A DNA stretch of 64,000 bases from Granulicella sp. (GCA_027339965.1 DAHWNL010000015.1:1-64000); one strand, 5' to 3'. Counted from the stretch's first letter, positions 12,094 to 23,988 are shown. The notes: a model not told the origin generated them from the letters alone. Numbers and translations are program-made.

Positions 12094-13026
12094 GTGACCC
12101 TGACGATTCGCCTACTCATTACCGGGCTCGCTGCGCTCTCTGGATTGATGTTTGGCAGCTTTCTAAACATCTACCTCACCCATTGGCCTGCCGATGAGGT
12201 CATCGTTGGTCCCAGGGCTCATTGCCGGAAGTGTGGGCACGTTTTGACATGGTGGGAGCGGATCCCTGTCCTGAGCTGGGCTCTTCTTCGTGGGCGGTGC
12301 CATGCCTGCAAAGCCTGGCTTGGATGGCGCTATCCTCTGGTTGAACTGGGGGTGGGCGGTTGCTGGGCCGCGTCCGCATGGACCGCCTGTGGCGAGTTCC
12401 TGAAGCTGGAGAGGACGCCATTCAGCATGTACGATGCGGTCGCCTTTGGTTTGGTGAAGATGACCCTTTGCTGGCTGCTCATCGCCCTTGCGGTGTTGGA
12501 TACCGAGCATCACTGGCTCCCTGACTGGATCACGCTGGGGGGTGCGGCCTTGGGATTGGTGGTCAGCGCAGCCCGCTTTATCGTAAATTTCTTTTTTTGG
12601 ACCGCGCTCCCGTTGCACTGGAGCATGGAAACCGGGCTGGAGGGTCACGGCGCCGAGGTTTATGACGCCATGTTGCACTGGCTGGCAGCCATCGTCTTTG
12701 CCCCTCTGGTTATTCTGCTCATTCGACGCATCTATCATTGGCTGCGCAAACATGACGGCGTGAAGATGGGCGAAGCCAAGCTGATGCTGCTGATGGCTGC
12801 TTGGCTAGGCCTTTCGCATACCGTGCTGGCCTTCTGCCTGGCTGTGCTCATCGGCGTCTTCATCGCTCTGGTGGTGTTGATGACGCCGTCGCTTCGTCGA
12901 GCAACGGATGTCTGGCATTTGACCAAGCTGCGGCTGGGGACGCTGCTGATTATGGGCAGCATCCTCAGCGCTCTTTGGGGCCGCCAGATCATCGATGCCT
13001 ACATCGACCTCTTGCATTTCTATTGA
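12094..13026 (+). CDS. Prepilin peptidase (A24A/PilD)-like protein with an altered second catalytic motif
   Basis: AAGGAGG then GTG; GSFLN, HCRKC...RCHAC Zn site, RYPLVEL, LDTEHHWLPD; expected GxGD reads KMGE. Confidence 0.85.
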   Translation: MTLTIRLLITGLAALSGLMFGSFLNIYLTHWPADEVIVGPRAHCRKCGHVLTWWERIPVLSWALLRGRCHACKAWLGWRYPLVELGVGGCWAASAWTACGEFLKLERTPFSMYDAVAFGLVKMTLCWLLIALAVLDTEHHWLPDWITLGGAALGLVVSAARFIVNFFFWTALPLHWSMETGLEGHGAEVYDAMLHWLAAIVFAPLVILLIRRIYHWLRKHDGVKMGEAKLMLLMAAWLGLSHTVLAFCLAVLIGVFIALVVLMTPSLRRATDVWHLTKLRLGTLLIMGSILSALWGRQIIDAYIDLLHFY

Positions 13027-13323
13027 TCCGGCACGAATCGATGGCATGAACCCTGCCACGGATCAGAAAAAGCTCTTTCGAAAGAAGGCAGTTGGGCCCA
13101 CGCATCTCGTGCTTTCGAGATCAACGGGATCTTCGCTGGACCGACGAGCCCTGCTAAGCCAGCTACATGCTTTTGCGGGTGGTTGAGCCGTTCAAAGTAC
13201 CCTTGCTGCGGCATCATCGTTCCGCCCAAGCACTTTATCGGGCCAGCCCTCCCGAACCCCCGAACCTTGGGGAAAGCGCTCACAGAAGTCCCGGCTTTGG
13301 AAACCATCTGCACGGAAAAACCT

Positions 13324-13722
13324 TCAGTGCAAGGTCTCAGGTATCACCGCATACTGAAGCAGAAGCTCAAAAGGGATCGTCTCCAAGACCGACTCATGGG
13401 TTGCCTCCAGCACCACCGGACAAGCCGCGCCGGCGCGTTGTACCTGTAACCACCGGGCGGCGCACACGCACCATCGATCCCCTGGCTTGAGCCCCGGGAA
13501 CCCGTACTCGGGGATGGGCGTGGAAAGGTCGTTTCCCAACGCGGAGGAGACAGCCAGAAATCTGGCCGTCACCACGCAGCAAACTGTGTGCTTTCCCAGG
13601 TCTTCCGGCCCGGAATTGCAGCAGCCGTCGCGGTAAAAGCCGGTGAGGGGGTTGATGCTGCAACTCTCAATTGGCTGGCCGAGGACGTTCTTCTGTGCCG
13701 GAATCCTCACATCCGCATCCAT
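13324..13722 (-). CDS. DUF2237 family protein
   Basis: NVLG...CS..PLTGFYRDGCC, GNDLSTP, FPGLKPGDRWCVCA. Confidence 0.9.
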   Translation of the reverse strand: MDADVRIPAQKNVLGQPIESCSINPLTGFYRDGCCNSGPEDLGKHTVCCVVTARFLAVSSALGNDLSTPIPEYGFPGLKPGDRWCVCAARWLQVQRAGAACPVVLEATHESVLETIPFELLLQYAVIPETLH

Positions 13723-13783
13723 GCCTCGATTGTATCTCTATACCCAGGCGCCTCCCGGCCCGTGTTGCCTGGCTTGGCCGCCA

Positions 13784-15421
13784 CTATGGCGCGCCGATGG
13801 CGGCTGCTTGCTGATACTCCTCATAGGTCCCTTTATGATCCGTGATCCGGAAGTTGTCCGGACCGCCCACAAAATGCCAGATCCGGGTTGCCGTCTCATC
13901 GATCAGATCTTCATCGTGGGTCACCAGAAGGACGGTTCCCTCAAACTTCTGGATCGCCTGGTTGAGCGCATTGATACTCTCCAGATCCAGATGATTGGTC
14001 GGCTCGTCCAGCACCAGCACGTTGGGTTTGAGCAGCATGATCTTGCAGAAGATCAGCCGCGCTGCCTCTCCGCCGGAGAGAGCATCGGTCATCTTCAGGC
14101 CCTCTTCTCCCCGAAACAGCATCTGCCCCAGGATTCCCCGAATGTCTTCTTTGGCCGCCTTGGGGTCATACTGGTGCAGCCAGTCCTGGGCCGTCATGCC
14201 GCGTTGAATGGAACCGTGATGATCCTGGGCGAAGTAACCGATGGAGACCTCATGGCCCCACTTGACCGTGCCGGAGTCGATGGACACGTCCTTCTCTTCG
14301 ACTCCCGGCGCGTTGGCCAGCAGCGCCTTCAGCAGCGTGGATTTGCCCTGGGCGTTACGGCCCATCAGCACTACCTTTTCACCCCGCTGCACCATGGCGG
14401 AGAAACCGTTGATGACGTGTTCAATCGTTCCATCAGGCTGGCGATAGCTTTTGCGCACGCCCTCGAACTCCAGGGCGGTTTTGCCCGAAGGCCTCTCCAT
14501 CTTGAAGTTGATATAGGGCCGCGCGATGTTGGAGCGCGCCAGCTCGCTGGTCGCCAGCCGCTCCACCTCTTTTTTGCGTGAGTTTACCTGCGAGCTGCGC
14601 GTGCCGGCTGAGAAGCGGGCGATGAAATCATTGAGCTGCGCAATCTTCTTCTCCCGCTGCTCGTTCTGCGCCTCAATCCGCGTCCGGACGCTGGTCTTCT
14701 GCAAGACCATCTCATCGTAGCCCCCGGTATAGGTGATGATCGTCTGATAGTCGATGTCCGCGGTGTGCGTGCACACGTTGTTGAGAAAGTGACGATCGTG
14801 AGAGATCACGATCAACGTGCCGGTATAGCGGATCAGAAAATCTTCAAGCCAGTGAATGGACTCCAGATCCAGGTGGTTGGTCGGCTCATCCAGCAATAGC
14901 GCCTGCGGCGCACCGAAGAGCGCCTGCGCCAGCAGCACGCGCACCTTTTGCCCGCCCTGCAGCTCGCTCATCTTGCGCTGGTGGAGTTCATTCGGAATAT
15001 CCAGCCCTTGCAGCAGCACGGCCGCATTGGCCTCAGCCTCGTAGCCATCCTCGTCCCCAACGATTCCCTCAAGCTCGCCCAGCCGCGAGCCATCCTCGTC
15101 GGTCATCTCCGGCTTGTTGTAAATCAGCTCGCGTTCTTCCAGGGCGGCCCACAAACCCTTGTTGCCCATGATCACCGTGTCAACCACGCGATAGGCGTCA
15201 AACTCATACTGGTTCTGCTTAAGGACGCCCACCTTCCTGGGGCGCACCACCGAACCTTTCTGGGGATCCAGCTCGCCGGTGAGCACCTTCATGAACGTGG
15301 ACTTGCCGGCCCCGTTGGGACCTGTCAAGCCGTACCTGCGTCCCGCGGTAAAGGTCACCGAGACATCTTCAAAGAGAATCTTTGCGCCATAGCGCATGGT
15401 TACATTGGAGACAGAGATCAT
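13784..15421 (-). CDS. ABC-F family ribosome-associated ATPase (YbiT-like)
   Basis: Two ABC domains (GPNGAGKST; GRNAQGKST), two LDEPTNHLD motifs, no transmembrane segments. Confidence 0.92.
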   Translation of the reverse strand: MISVSNVTMRYGAKILFEDVSVTFTAGRRYGLTGPNGAGKSTFMKVLTGELDPQKGSVVRPRKVGVLKQNQYEFDAYRVVDTVIMGNKGLWAALEERELIYNKPEMTDEDGSRLGELEGIVGDEDGYEAEANAAVLLQGLDIPNELHQRKMSELQGGQKVRVLLAQALFGAPQALLLDEPTNHLDLESIHWLEDFLIRYTGTLIVISHDRHFLNNVCTHTADIDYQTIITYTGGYDEMVLQKTSVRTRIEAQNEQREKKIAQLNDFIARFSAGTRSSQVNSRKKEVERLATSELARSNIARPYINFKMERPSGKTALEFEGVRKSYRQPDGTIEHVINGFSAMVQRGEKVVLMGRNAQGKSTLLKALLANAPGVEEKDVSIDSGTVKWGHEVSIGYFAQDHHGSIQRGMTAQDWLHQYDPKAAKEDIRGILGQMLFRGEEGLKMTDALSGGEAARLIFCKIMLLKPNVLVLDEPTNHLDLESINALNQAIQKFEGTVLLVTHDEDLIDETATRIWHFVGGPDNFRITDHKGTYEEYQQAAAIGAP

Positions 15422-15505
15422 CGCTCCCATTTTCTCATGGAGACATGCAGTCGCATGGATCTCGCCCGGGTCTTTGCCGCGAGAGAACGGACCCTTTGCG
15501 GCGAG

Positions 15506-17986
15506 CTAGAACCTTGGCATGTCCGCAGTGCTGCACTGGGTCTCCATCTCAGTCTGTATGGACACCTCATAGTTTCGTCCCAGCCACTCGGAGGGCTCCT
15601 TGTGTGGTTCCCTCCAGCGCAGCGTAAAGACGATACTCCCGGTCTGATCCTGGGCGATGGGAATGTCCACAAAACAACCTACCCGGCCGAGCGAATGCGA
15701 TGCCATCTCGCCCTTGGTCGCCCACTGGTTGGCGGTGTAAATCACCAGGAAGCTGCGAGCATCCACTATACGCAGCGTTCCTCCCTGCACCACTGTGGAG
15801 ATGGGGCGGCCGAGTTGGAAGATGGCCAGGTTGTGATGAAATACCTGCTTGTCGCGTTCCGCAATGTAACGGTTGTAGACCACAGGGATGCGATCGAAGA
15901 CCTGTTTGTCGGCTACGGAACGCAGCAACTTCAGATACTCCGCATGAGCCCAGACCAGCGGCTGCGCCGAGCCCGCCCCGCGGCCGAAGTACATCTCTTC
16001 GGAGGGCAGATCAGCGCGGTCCCAGATCTGTTCCGGAAGCATGCCGCCAAAGGAGCTGAAGCGCTCAAGGGCGGTGATATAGGAGCGCACATCGCGGCCC
16101 GCCGCCAGCTCGTAATGGGCCCGCTCGCCGCTGAGGATGGGCCATGCCCTGCCCTGACCCCATCCATGAAACGGACCCCCATCCTTGCGCTGTCCGTAGC
16201 CGTCGTGATTGTAGCGCCGCCAGCACGGTCCGTGGGGCGTAACCACCTTCAAGACTGAGTCGATGACCTTGAGCGAATCGACAACCAGTGGATCATCCGC
16301 CCGCCGGATGCCGTAACGAACCAGCTCCAGAAATCCGGCATCGACGATCTCGCGGGCCTCGAACGCGTACTGCTCCCCCGGGGCGCGGTTTTGGATAAAG
16401 ATCATGCCGGGAGGAATGTTGGGGTTGTGGAAGGACTCCCCGGCGGCCGGAGGACGTATGCGGATGTAGTGGCGCGGGACGCCGGCAAGAAGCACTCCCT
16501 CCGTCGTGGTTGTCCAGCGATCGACGCGAGCCTCGATCCAGTCGGCATACTCCTGCAGAAAGAGGGCGACCTCCCCCGATCCGTGGTGGCGAAGAATATC
16601 CGCGGCACAGACCAGCGACGCGATCACTGCTGCCAGCGTGGAGGGGGAGTAGCCGGCATTTTCCTCCCAGCGCTCCTGCTGCGTGATCGGAGCATAGCGC
16701 ACTAGGAAGGAAGCACCCCCCAGCACAAACGGCACCACATCAAACTTGCCTAGACCCTCCAGCTTCCATAGCCGCCAGGCGAGAATAATGGGGAAAGCGA
16801 CCTCATCCAGTTGAATGCCGGACCAATAGGGAATGCCATTGATCCAAAAGTTCTGGGCGAAGCCGCCATTGGGCTGCTGGGTGCAGGCAAGATAAACCAG
16901 AGCCTGGCGTGCGGCATCGATCCGTCCGCAGGCCAGCAAAGCAGTAGCCGACTGAACCATGTCTCGCGTCCAGACCAGGTGATATCCCCCCAGATCGTCG
17001 TCGGACTTGGACGCTCCCCAGGGAATTGAGGCGGAGGCGATGAAGGCTCCCGCATAGGTCTTGTCCTCGTGGGTCAGAATCATCGCGTGTGAAGCCCGCA
17101 TCAGCTTTCCGTTGTCGGTGGAAAACTCCGCCAGCGCCGCCGGCGCAAGGGCGCGATGCCACTCCTCAATGAAGCGCTCCTGGAGCTGCTCAAAGGGAAT
17201 TGAAAGCGAGTGCATCAGGCTGGATAGCGCCGAATGATGTCCACGGCCGAGGGCAATGGCGATGGTGAACTCCCGATGCCGGCACACATCGATCTCTCCC
17301 ATCATGGCGACATTCCCGTTCAGCGCCTGGCCAAAGCTCCAGGACATGCGAAGATGCTCGGAGAGGTCGGTATAGCCGTCGCTAACGCCGACATAACCGC
17401 AACTGGTGCGTTCAAAGCCGCAGTCCACCCCCATCGCCAGGGAAAACTCATTCTTCCACGCCAGCACGCACCGCTCTCCGGCAATGTCCAGCGAACGCGC
17501 CGAGTTGCCTTTTCCGCCGCCATCCAGATGCGGAGCCACCAGCGCATAGCACTTCAGCCGCGAAAGCACATCCTCATCGCCACTGATCTTCACATTCATG
17601 AGCACCACGGCATGGTGTGGATCGGTGATCAGATCCTTGGTGACGGAGTATCGTCCTTCGGCATCGTGGCCCGTCATGCGAAGGGCCAGCGCATTCTCAT
17701 CCACGTAATGCAGGTTGTACAGCAGATCGCGCTTCTCTTCGTGGCAGAAGCTCTCCCCGTCGCTGAACAGCAGTTCCATGTCTCGCGTCTGCGGATGATC
17801 AATCGTCGGATAATAAATCTCATTGATCGTTCCGTGCGAAACCGTGAACCAGATGCGGGTAGATGCCGAATAAGCCGTGATCACCGCATCCTTTTGACTA
17901 GAGGTCCAACGGGGAGTGATGCCTGGAGATCCAAATGCAGGGCCGTCATCCTGAAGCCAGTTGTAGTTGCAGTTGTAAACGCTCAT
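15506..17986 (-). CDS. GH15 glucoamylase/glucodextranase-type glycoside hydrolase
   Basis: GGAGG-preceded ATG at 17986; [41 protein letters not shown]. Confidence 0.9.
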   Translation of the reverse strand: MSVYNCNYNWLQDDGPAFGSPGITPRWTSSQKDAVITAYSASTRIWFTVSHGTINEIYYPTIDHPQTRDMELLFSDGESFCHEEKRDLLYNLHYVDENALALRMTGHDAEGRYSVTKDLITDPHHAVVLMNVKISGDEDVLSRLKCYALVAPHLDGGGKGNSARSLDIAGERCVLAWKNEFSLAMGVDCGFERTSCGYVGVSDGYTDLSEHLRMSWSFGQALNGNVAMMGEIDVCRHREFTIAIALGRGHHSALSSLMHSLSIPFEQLQERFIEEWHRALAPAALAEFSTDNGKLMRASHAMILTHEDKTYAGAFIASASIPWGASKSDDDLGGYHLVWTRDMVQSATALLACGRIDAARQALVYLACTQQPNGGFAQNFWINGIPYWSGIQLDEVAFPIILAWRLWKLEGLGKFDVVPFVLGGASFLVRYAPITQQERWEENAGYSPSTLAAVIASLVCAADILRHHGSGEVALFLQEYADWIEARVDRWTTTTEGVLLAGVPRHYIRIRPPAAGESFHNPNIPPGMIFIQNRAPGEQYAFEAREIVDAGFLELVRYGIRRADDPLVVDSLKVIDSVLKVVTPHGPCWRRYNHDGYGQRKDGGPFHGWGQGRAWPILSGERAHYELAAGRDVRSYITALERFSSFGGMLPEQIWDRADLPSEEMYFGRGAGSAQPLVWAHAEYLKLLRSVADKQVFDRIPVVYNRYIAERDKQVFHHNLAIFQLGRPISTVVQGGTLRIVDARSFLVIYTANQWATKGEMASHSLGRVGCFVDIPIAQDQTGSIVFTLRWREPHKEPSEWLGRNYEVSIQTEMETQCSTADMPRF

Positions 17987-18367
17987 CCCTCCATTCGACC
18001 ACAGATTCCGCAACTCGTTGTTGGGCTTGCAGTTGTGCAATCGCTCGAAGAGGGATTTCTCCATCGGCTTCCTCTCGCCTGTCGATTCTTAAGACTCAAG
18101 CCCTGGCCCAGCCTGCGCTCCGTCATCTTCATCACTACCCGTTACGCCGTTTTTTTGCTCCGCTGCCTCAAACCTCAACCAACAAGGCGCCGAGCGTCTG
18201 TTCGGCACAGCTCGCGGCGACCCATCGCGGTCTCCCCGGACGGGCTCGATCTCGTCTATCCTCGAGGAGGCGCGCCGCGGAGCGCGGCGCCTGCATCCAA
18301 ATGGAAGTGCAAAGCCCTGGCTGCGCATCTTCAAGCGAAACCAAAGAACGATAAAGGAGCAACTCCC

Positions 18368-18979
18368 GTGGCCTTCGAAACTCCTCCCCTCCCCTATGAC
18401 TATGCCGCTCTCGAACCCATCATCGATGAAGCGACGATGAAACTCCACCATGACAAGCATCACGTGGCCTATGTCACCAATCTGAACGGCGCTGTGGAGA
18501 AACATCCCGAACTGGGCAAAAAAACGCCCGAGGAGCTTCTCTCCGATCTGGGCAGCGTGCCGGACGACGTCCGCACCACGGTGCGCAACAACGCCGGCGG
18601 CCATGTGAATCACACCATGTTCTGGCAGATCATGAAGCCCAGCGGTGGCGGCGACCCCACCGGCGAGCTCGCCGCGCAGATCAACAAGGACTTCGGCAGC
18701 TTCGCGGAGTTCAAAAAGAAGTTTGAAGATGCTGCGGCAAAACAGTTCGGCTCCGGCTGGGGCTTTTTGGTCTACAAGAGCGGCAAACTGGAGATTGTCA
18801 CCAAACCCAATCAGGACTCTCCCATCTCCGACGGCCTCTACCCGATCCTGGGTAACGACGTCTGGGAGCACGCTTACTATCTGAAGTACAACAACCGCCG
18901 CGCCGAGTACCTGGCCGCCTGGTGGAACGTCGTCAACTGGGGCGAGGTCAACAAGCGCTTCGCCCATGCCCGCAAGTAG
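18368..18979 (+). CDS. sodA: Mn/Fe superoxide dismutase (Mn-type signature)
   Basis: AAGGAG then [36 protein letters not shown]. Confidence 0.95.
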   Translation: MAFETPPLPYDYAALEPIIDEATMKLHHDKHHVAYVTNLNGAVEKHPELGKKTPEELLSDLGSVPDDVRTTVRNNAGGHVNHTMFWQIMKPSGGGDPTGELAAQINKDFGSFAEFKKKFEDAAAKQFGSGWGFLVYKSGKLEIVTKPNQDSPISDGLYPILGNDVWEHAYYLKYNNRRAEYLAAWWNVVNWGEVNKRFAHARK

Positions 18980-18995
18980 CCAACGCTGCTCGAGC

Positions 18996-19029
18996 AGCCA
19001 AGGGGCCGCCCGCGGGCGGCCCCTTGGCT
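18996..19029. terminator. Perfect 34-bp palindrome between the convergent sodA and typA genes
   Basis: AGCCAAGGGGCCGCCCG|CGGGCGGCCCCTTGGCT with no spacer. Confidence 0.6.
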
Positions 19030-19084
19030 TGCCCGGATACGAGGCCTCAGGCTGCTCTTCTTCAAAAAGCCAATCTACACGGCT

Positions 19085-20908
19085 TTACTCTCGGTTCGCC
19101 CGCTTCCGCCCACTCGCCTGCAAGATCTTCTTGCGCATGCGCAACGACTTCGGCGTCACCTCCACCAGTTCGTCGTCGGCGATGAACTCAATCGACTGTT
19201 CCAGCGTCAGGCTCTTGAACGGCACCAGGCGTACCGCCTCGTCCGATCCGGAGGCCCGCATATTGGTCAGCTTCTTCTCCCGCACGCAGTTCACATCCAG
19301 ATCGTTGTCGCGCGAGTGCTCGCCGATGATCATCCCCTCATAGACCTCCACGCCATCGCCAAGAAACAGGATGCCGCGATCCTGGATTCCATCCAGCGCA
19401 TAGAGCGTCGTTGTGCCCTGCCGGTCAGAGATCAGCGCCCCTGTAGGCCGCTGCGGAATCTCGCCCGTGTACGGAATATATTCCCCCGCAATCGAGTTCA
19501 TCACGATGGTTCCCCGGGTCTCAGTCAGCATCTCATTGCGTAGGCCGATCAGCCCGCGCGATGGAACTTTGAACTCCATCCTTACCCGGCCCGAACCATG
19601 GTTGGCCATCTTCACCATCTCGCCCTTTCTGGGGCCCAGGCGCTCGATCACGGTTCCGACAAAGTTCTCCGGAATATCGATGGTCAGAACTTCGGACGGC
19701 TCCATCAACTGGCCGTCAATCTGCTTGGTGACGATCGTCGGCCGAGAGACCATCATCTCAAAGCCCTCGCGGCGCATCATCTCGATCAGCACTGAGAGTT
19801 GCAACTCGCCGCGGCCCAGCACCTTGAAGCTGTCCGGGCTGCCCGTCTCCTCCACCCGGATGCTCACGTTGGTCAGCAGCTCGCGCTCCAGCCGCTCGCG
19901 GATGTTGCGCGAGGTCACTTGCTTGCCCTCGCGTCCCGCAAAGGGTCCATTGTTGACGGAAAATACGATGGCGATGGTCGGCTCGTCGATCTTGATGATC
20001 GGCAGCGGCTGCGGGTCTTCCAGCGCGCAGAAGCTCTCCCCAATGGTGATCCCCGGGATGCCGGCCACGGCGATGATATCCCCCACCACCGTCTGGTCGG
20101 TATCGATCCGCTTCAGCCCATCGAAGGTGAAGAGCTTGGTCACCTTCACCGTCTCCAGCACCCCATCCAGGCGGGAGAGGTTGATCTCCTGTCCGGTCTT
20201 CAGCGTGCCGTTGAAGACCCGGGCGATGGCCAGCCGGCCCAGATAATCGGAGTAGTCCAGATTGGTCACCAGCACCTGCAGCGGGCCGTCCGCGGTTCCC
20301 GGCGCCGCCGGAATTGTATCCAAAATCAGCTCGAAGAGCGGCTGCAGATCGGTTCCTGGCTGGGCCAGATCCATCGTCGCCGTGCCCGCCTTTCCGTTGG
20401 TGTAAATCACGGGAAAATCCAGCACCGACTCATCGGCGTCCAGATCGATGAACAGGTCATAGACCTCGTTGAGCACCTCCTGCGGACGCGCATCGGGCCG
20501 ATCAATCTTGTTCACCACCACAATCGGCGTCAGCTTGGCCTCCAGGGCTTTGGAGAGTACATAGCGCGTCTGCGGCAGCGGGCCCTCGCTGGCGTCCACC
20601 AGCAGCACCACGCCATCCACCATCTTCAGGGCGCGCTCCACCTCGCCGCCAAAGTCCGCGTGGCCGGGCGTGTCCACAATATTGATCTTGGAGTTCTTGT
20701 AGTGGATGGCCGTGTTCTTGGCCAGAATGGTGATGCCTCGCTCCCTTTCCAGATCGTTCGAGTCCATAATCCGTTCGGCCACCACCTCATTGCTGCGGAA
20801 GGTGCCGGACTGGCGAAGCATAGCGTCCACCAGCGTGGTCTTGCCGTGGTCCACATGGGCGATGATGGCGATGTTGCGGATGGTCTGGGCGGTCGTCGGG
20901 TTGCTCAC
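19085..20908 (-). CDS. typA: Translational GTPase TypA/BipA
   Basis: [51 protein letters not shown]. Confidence 0.98.
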   Translation of the reverse strand: MSNPTTAQTIRNIAIIAHVDHGKTTLVDAMLRQSGTFRSNEVVAERIMDSNDLERERGITILAKNTAIHYKNSKINIVDTPGHADFGGEVERALKMVDGVVLLVDASEGPLPQTRYVLSKALEAKLTPIVVVNKIDRPDARPQEVLNEVYDLFIDLDADESVLDFPVIYTNGKAGTATMDLAQPGTDLQPLFELILDTIPAAPGTADGPLQVLVTNLDYSDYLGRLAIARVFNGTLKTGQEINLSRLDGVLETVKVTKLFTFDGLKRIDTDQTVVGDIIAVAGIPGITIGESFCALEDPQPLPIIKIDEPTIAIVFSVNNGPFAGREGKQVTSRNIRERLERELLTNVSIRVEETGSPDSFKVLGRGELQLSVLIEMMRREGFEMMVSRPTIVTKQIDGQLMEPSEVLTIDIPENFVGTVIERLGPRKGEMVKMANHGSGRVRMEFKVPSRGLIGLRNEMLTETRGTIVMNSIAGEYIPYTGEIPQRPTGALISDRQGTTTLYALDGIQDRGILFLGDGVEVYEGMIIGEHSRDNDLDVNCVREKKLTNMRASGSDEAVRLVPFKSLTLEQSIEFIADDELVEVTPKSLRMRKKILQASGRKRANRE

Positions 20909-21314
20909 TGCGTAGGTTGTCCTGTTCTTTTTATCTTGAAGAGAGAGCGCGTCGGCGCTGGGTTGCGCTCGACGGCATCAAAGTTACGCCGGGCTTCACG
21001 GCTGTTGAAGAGCCGGAGCCTGCGCTGCTACCAGTCTATCGTATCGCTCTCTGCGAGGTTTCACCCCGGCCGTTGAGATCCGCTGCCGCCCACCGGCCAC
21101 GCCGCGAATGCGACCAAGGGTTCTGCCCATCCGGCATTGTGCAGCGAACGGCAAATGAAATCTGAACTGTTTGTCTCGGCCAAAGGCGCGACTCTCAGTT
21201 GGAACCGATCCAGACGGCGCCAAGGCCTTGTTCAAAGAACCTCCCATCGCTTATGCCGCAAGAAAGTAGGCTCAGGCCGGATCAAGAACCTTTCTCTGAC
21301 GGCAAAAGCGGCAG

Positions 21315-23462
21315 TTATCGTCCCCCCGATTGTTTTGCGCTCTTTACGTCTGGATAGCCATGCAATTGCGGCCCCACCAGATTGGAAAAGTCGTAGTTCT
21401 CCATCCGATCTCCGTCAATTGTCCAGAACATCGCGCCAATCATCTCCGGATATCCGGCGGGCCGCTGCAATCGGTAGGTCACTCCCTCAGGAGCCTTCCC
21501 CGTGATCAGGTATTGCATGGCCCCGCGAACGAGTTTCGGAGTCGCCGTCCCCGTCAAAAACCCCACCGCTACTTTGTCCGCAGGCACGGGCGGAAAGAAC
21601 TCGCCCGCGCGGCCGGCTACATTGAACCCGTGCAGCAGCAACTCCGTCATTGCGGCATCGTAGTTCACCGAACCCATCTCATAGGCCTCACCATCCAGAC
21701 CCTCGAGCGGCGGCGAGTTGTAGTCCTGCACATCCACAAACGTCAGCATGTCCCGCACGCCCCACAGCAGCGGCAGATACGTTCCGAACTGGCCGCCGTA
21801 GCTGGGATATCCTCCCGGAACTTGTGTCCCCTCCGGCACCAGCGTCAGCATGAAGCTGGGACCGAAGTGTTCTCGAAGTTGGTGCAGCGCCGCAATCAGG
21901 TTCACCACGGAGGCTGTCTTCGGATGCCGGAAGTCGTTGTCCCCCGGGTCCAGGTTCAGGGAGGGCGACTCGAAGTCCAGGTCGATTCCATCAAACCCAT
22001 ACTCCGTCACAATCTGCGTTACCGAATTGACGAAGTTGGAGATGCTCGATCGCTGCGCCAGCGAGAAATACTCGCCTCCGCCGCCCAGCGAGATCAGCAC
22101 CTTCTTGCCCCGGCTCTTGAGCCAGGCAATGTCTTCCTTCACCTGTCCCAAGTCCATGCCGGGGCGCAGGTGCATCTGCATTGTGCCTTCCGGCGCCTGG
22201 CGATTGACGTTGGCAAACGCCACCAGAATCACATCCCATTGCGGGGAGACATCGCGCAGTCGCAGCAATGTTCCTCTCGGTCCATTTCCCGTCCAGTACC
22301 CGATGAGTTCGTGCCCATTTGTTGTGCCGGCCGAGGGTACGGCCGCTACCTCCGGCGGAGCCGCCGGCACATTCATGGTTACGGCCCTGGGCCTATGCCG
22401 CACGGAGCATCGTTCCGCCGGCGCTTGTAACATCTGTCGATTTGGGAAGCTGTATGGCCCTGCTCCTCCGGTGTACCAATCCATCAGCGCCACATTCGCT
22501 ACGTGCCACGCCGAACCGCTCGCCAGCATCTTCTGCGCCGGCCCCGCGGGTAGATCGCTGCGCTGGTTGGTGTCCAGCGGCTCCTCGAGCGTATACCTCG
22601 TTGCCGGGCTGTCTCCACCGCATGCGGAATGCGCTTGCTGCGCCTCCGCCGGCCATCTCCAAGCCGGAACCACGTTCTCTCCCGACGGCAAGGGCTTTCT
22701 GAACGAAATATGGAACAACGGGTCATGCAGGGGGTCATTCACCCACTCCGCCAGTTGCTCCGTCAGCGGCTGCACATCGCGTTCCTTCACCAGCGGCGGC
22801 GTAGCCTCCAGATACGACGCCAGCACAAACGAGTTTCCGGTCACCTCGTCCACGCCATGCGTTCCCCATGAGCAGCACACCGTCGCGTCGCCATAGGTGT
22901 AGTAGCCGGTGTTCTGGGTCACGGCGATGATCAGCTTTCCATCCTCGTGCGCTATCCGCTGGAAGAGCACCCGCTGGATGTACTCCTGATCCACCATCCC
23001 CAACTTGGTCCCTGTCCGCTTTGAGGTGAGCACATATCCGTGACCGGCCGGAATCTCCACCGTCAACGGCCGCACCTCCGACACACGCAGCAGCGTATGC
23101 CATCCCGCCGCTTTTGCCGTCCCTGTCGTCGTGCGCAGCATCGCATCGACATATTGCATCGCTCCCTCGGCCCCGAAGGCCGCCTTTGCGAACACAGGTG
23201 ATCGCAACACCTGCGGGATATCATCGGCGGCATCCAGCGTCACCGGCTTGCCAATGACCCGCGTGGCATCGAACTGCAGCCGTACTGGCGCCAGCACGGT
23301 CTGGATCACCGTGATGCCACCCTGCGCCGGGCTCCGTCCCGGCAGCGTTACGGGTCCGTGGGCCGTATCGTACCGGAAGGTCGGCACGGTGCCCTGTCCG
23401 TAGCCTACCCCGCCCGCCACCAGCGGGAAGAAAGCAATCAGCAGAAAGCGCGTCATTCTCAT
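21315..23462 (-). CDS. Secreted GH18 chitinase with an uncharacterised ~330-aa N-terminal domain
   Basis: Signal peptide; C-terminal IGYW, KVLISLGG, FDGIDLDFE (DxxDxDxE), QDYN, GAMFW. Confidence 0.88.
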   Translation of the reverse strand: MRMTRFLLIAFFPLVAGGVGYGQGTVPTFRYDTAHGPVTLPGRSPAQGGITVIQTVLAPVRLQFDATRVIGKPVTLDAADDIPQVLRSPVFAKAAFGAEGAMQYVDAMLRTTTGTAKAAGWHTLLRVSEVRPLTVEIPAGHGYVLTSKRTGTKLGMVDQEYIQRVLFQRIAHEDGKLIIAVTQNTGYYTYGDATVCCSWGTHGVDEVTGNSFVLASYLEATPPLVKERDVQPLTEQLAEWVNDPLHDPLFHISFRKPLPSGENVVPAWRWPAEAQQAHSACGGDSPATRYTLEEPLDTNQRSDLPAGPAQKMLASGSAWHVANVALMDWYTGGAGPYSFPNRQMLQAPAERCSVRHRPRAVTMNVPAAPPEVAAVPSAGTTNGHELIGYWTGNGPRGTLLRLRDVSPQWDVILVAFANVNRQAPEGTMQMHLRPGMDLGQVKEDIAWLKSRGKKVLISLGGGGEYFSLAQRSSISNFVNSVTQIVTEYGFDGIDLDFESPSLNLDPGDNDFRHPKTASVVNLIAALHQLREHFGPSFMLTLVPEGTQVPGGYPSYGGQFGTYLPLLWGVRDMLTFVDVQDYNSPPLEGLDGEAYEMGSVNYDAAMTELLLHGFNVAGRAGEFFPPVPADKVAVGFLTGTATPKLVRGAMQYLITGKAPEGVTYRLQRPAGYPEMIGAMFWTIDGDRMENYDFSNLVGPQLHGYPDVKSAKQSGGR

Positions 23463-23586
23463 CAGAAGACGATCATACCGGCAAGCGCGTCTTCAAGCGC
23501 GTCGTTGCTGTGCGTATCGTTCTATCAACAGGTTACGGTTTCAAAGATGGGACCGTGACAAGCTTTCCGGCGGGAGATCGATTCAA

Positions 23587-23988
23587 TCATTTTGCCGAGT
23601 CGAAGCGGTGCGATCTGTTCCCGATCTTCGCCCATGACTCATGCCCTGATAAAGATCGCTCCTTGTCAACTTTGAAATGACATCTCCAGTTCGGCCCCGG
23701 CTCGAAACGCACCAGACCATATCGTTCCACTGTTCGCAGGGTTCGTGAAAGGTTTGACGTCGCCCTCCCTGAGTTCTCGGCGAGTTCTCGAAGAGACTAG
23801 CGGTGGGTCTGGAGAATTAGCTTGAGCAAGCTCCGGTTTTGGCCGGAAAGCACCTGCGACAACGTGGGTAGAGATTCGAACCAGATCTTCGGCTCATCTT
23901 TTGCGGGAACATGCTCTCCCTTGGCTATGGCCAGGGTCCGCCTCTTGTAAGCTTCCCGAGAAGCAATTTCAACTCGCAAAATCTTCAT
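23587..23988 (-). pseudogene. HVO_A0114/TumA-like wHTH antitoxin or regulator interrupted by an in-frame TAG
   Basis: MKILRVEIASREAYKRRTLAIAKGE...KIWFES...VLSGQNRSLL, TAG at 23797-23799, then the same frame continues SLRELAENSGRATSNLSRTLRTVERYGLVRF (HTH). Confidence 0.8.

Noticed and set aside
17234..18367. 581-aa ORF that appears to fuse a long N-terminus to SOD
   Set aside because: The upstream part is antisense to the GH15 gene; SOD has its own RBS and GTG at 18368
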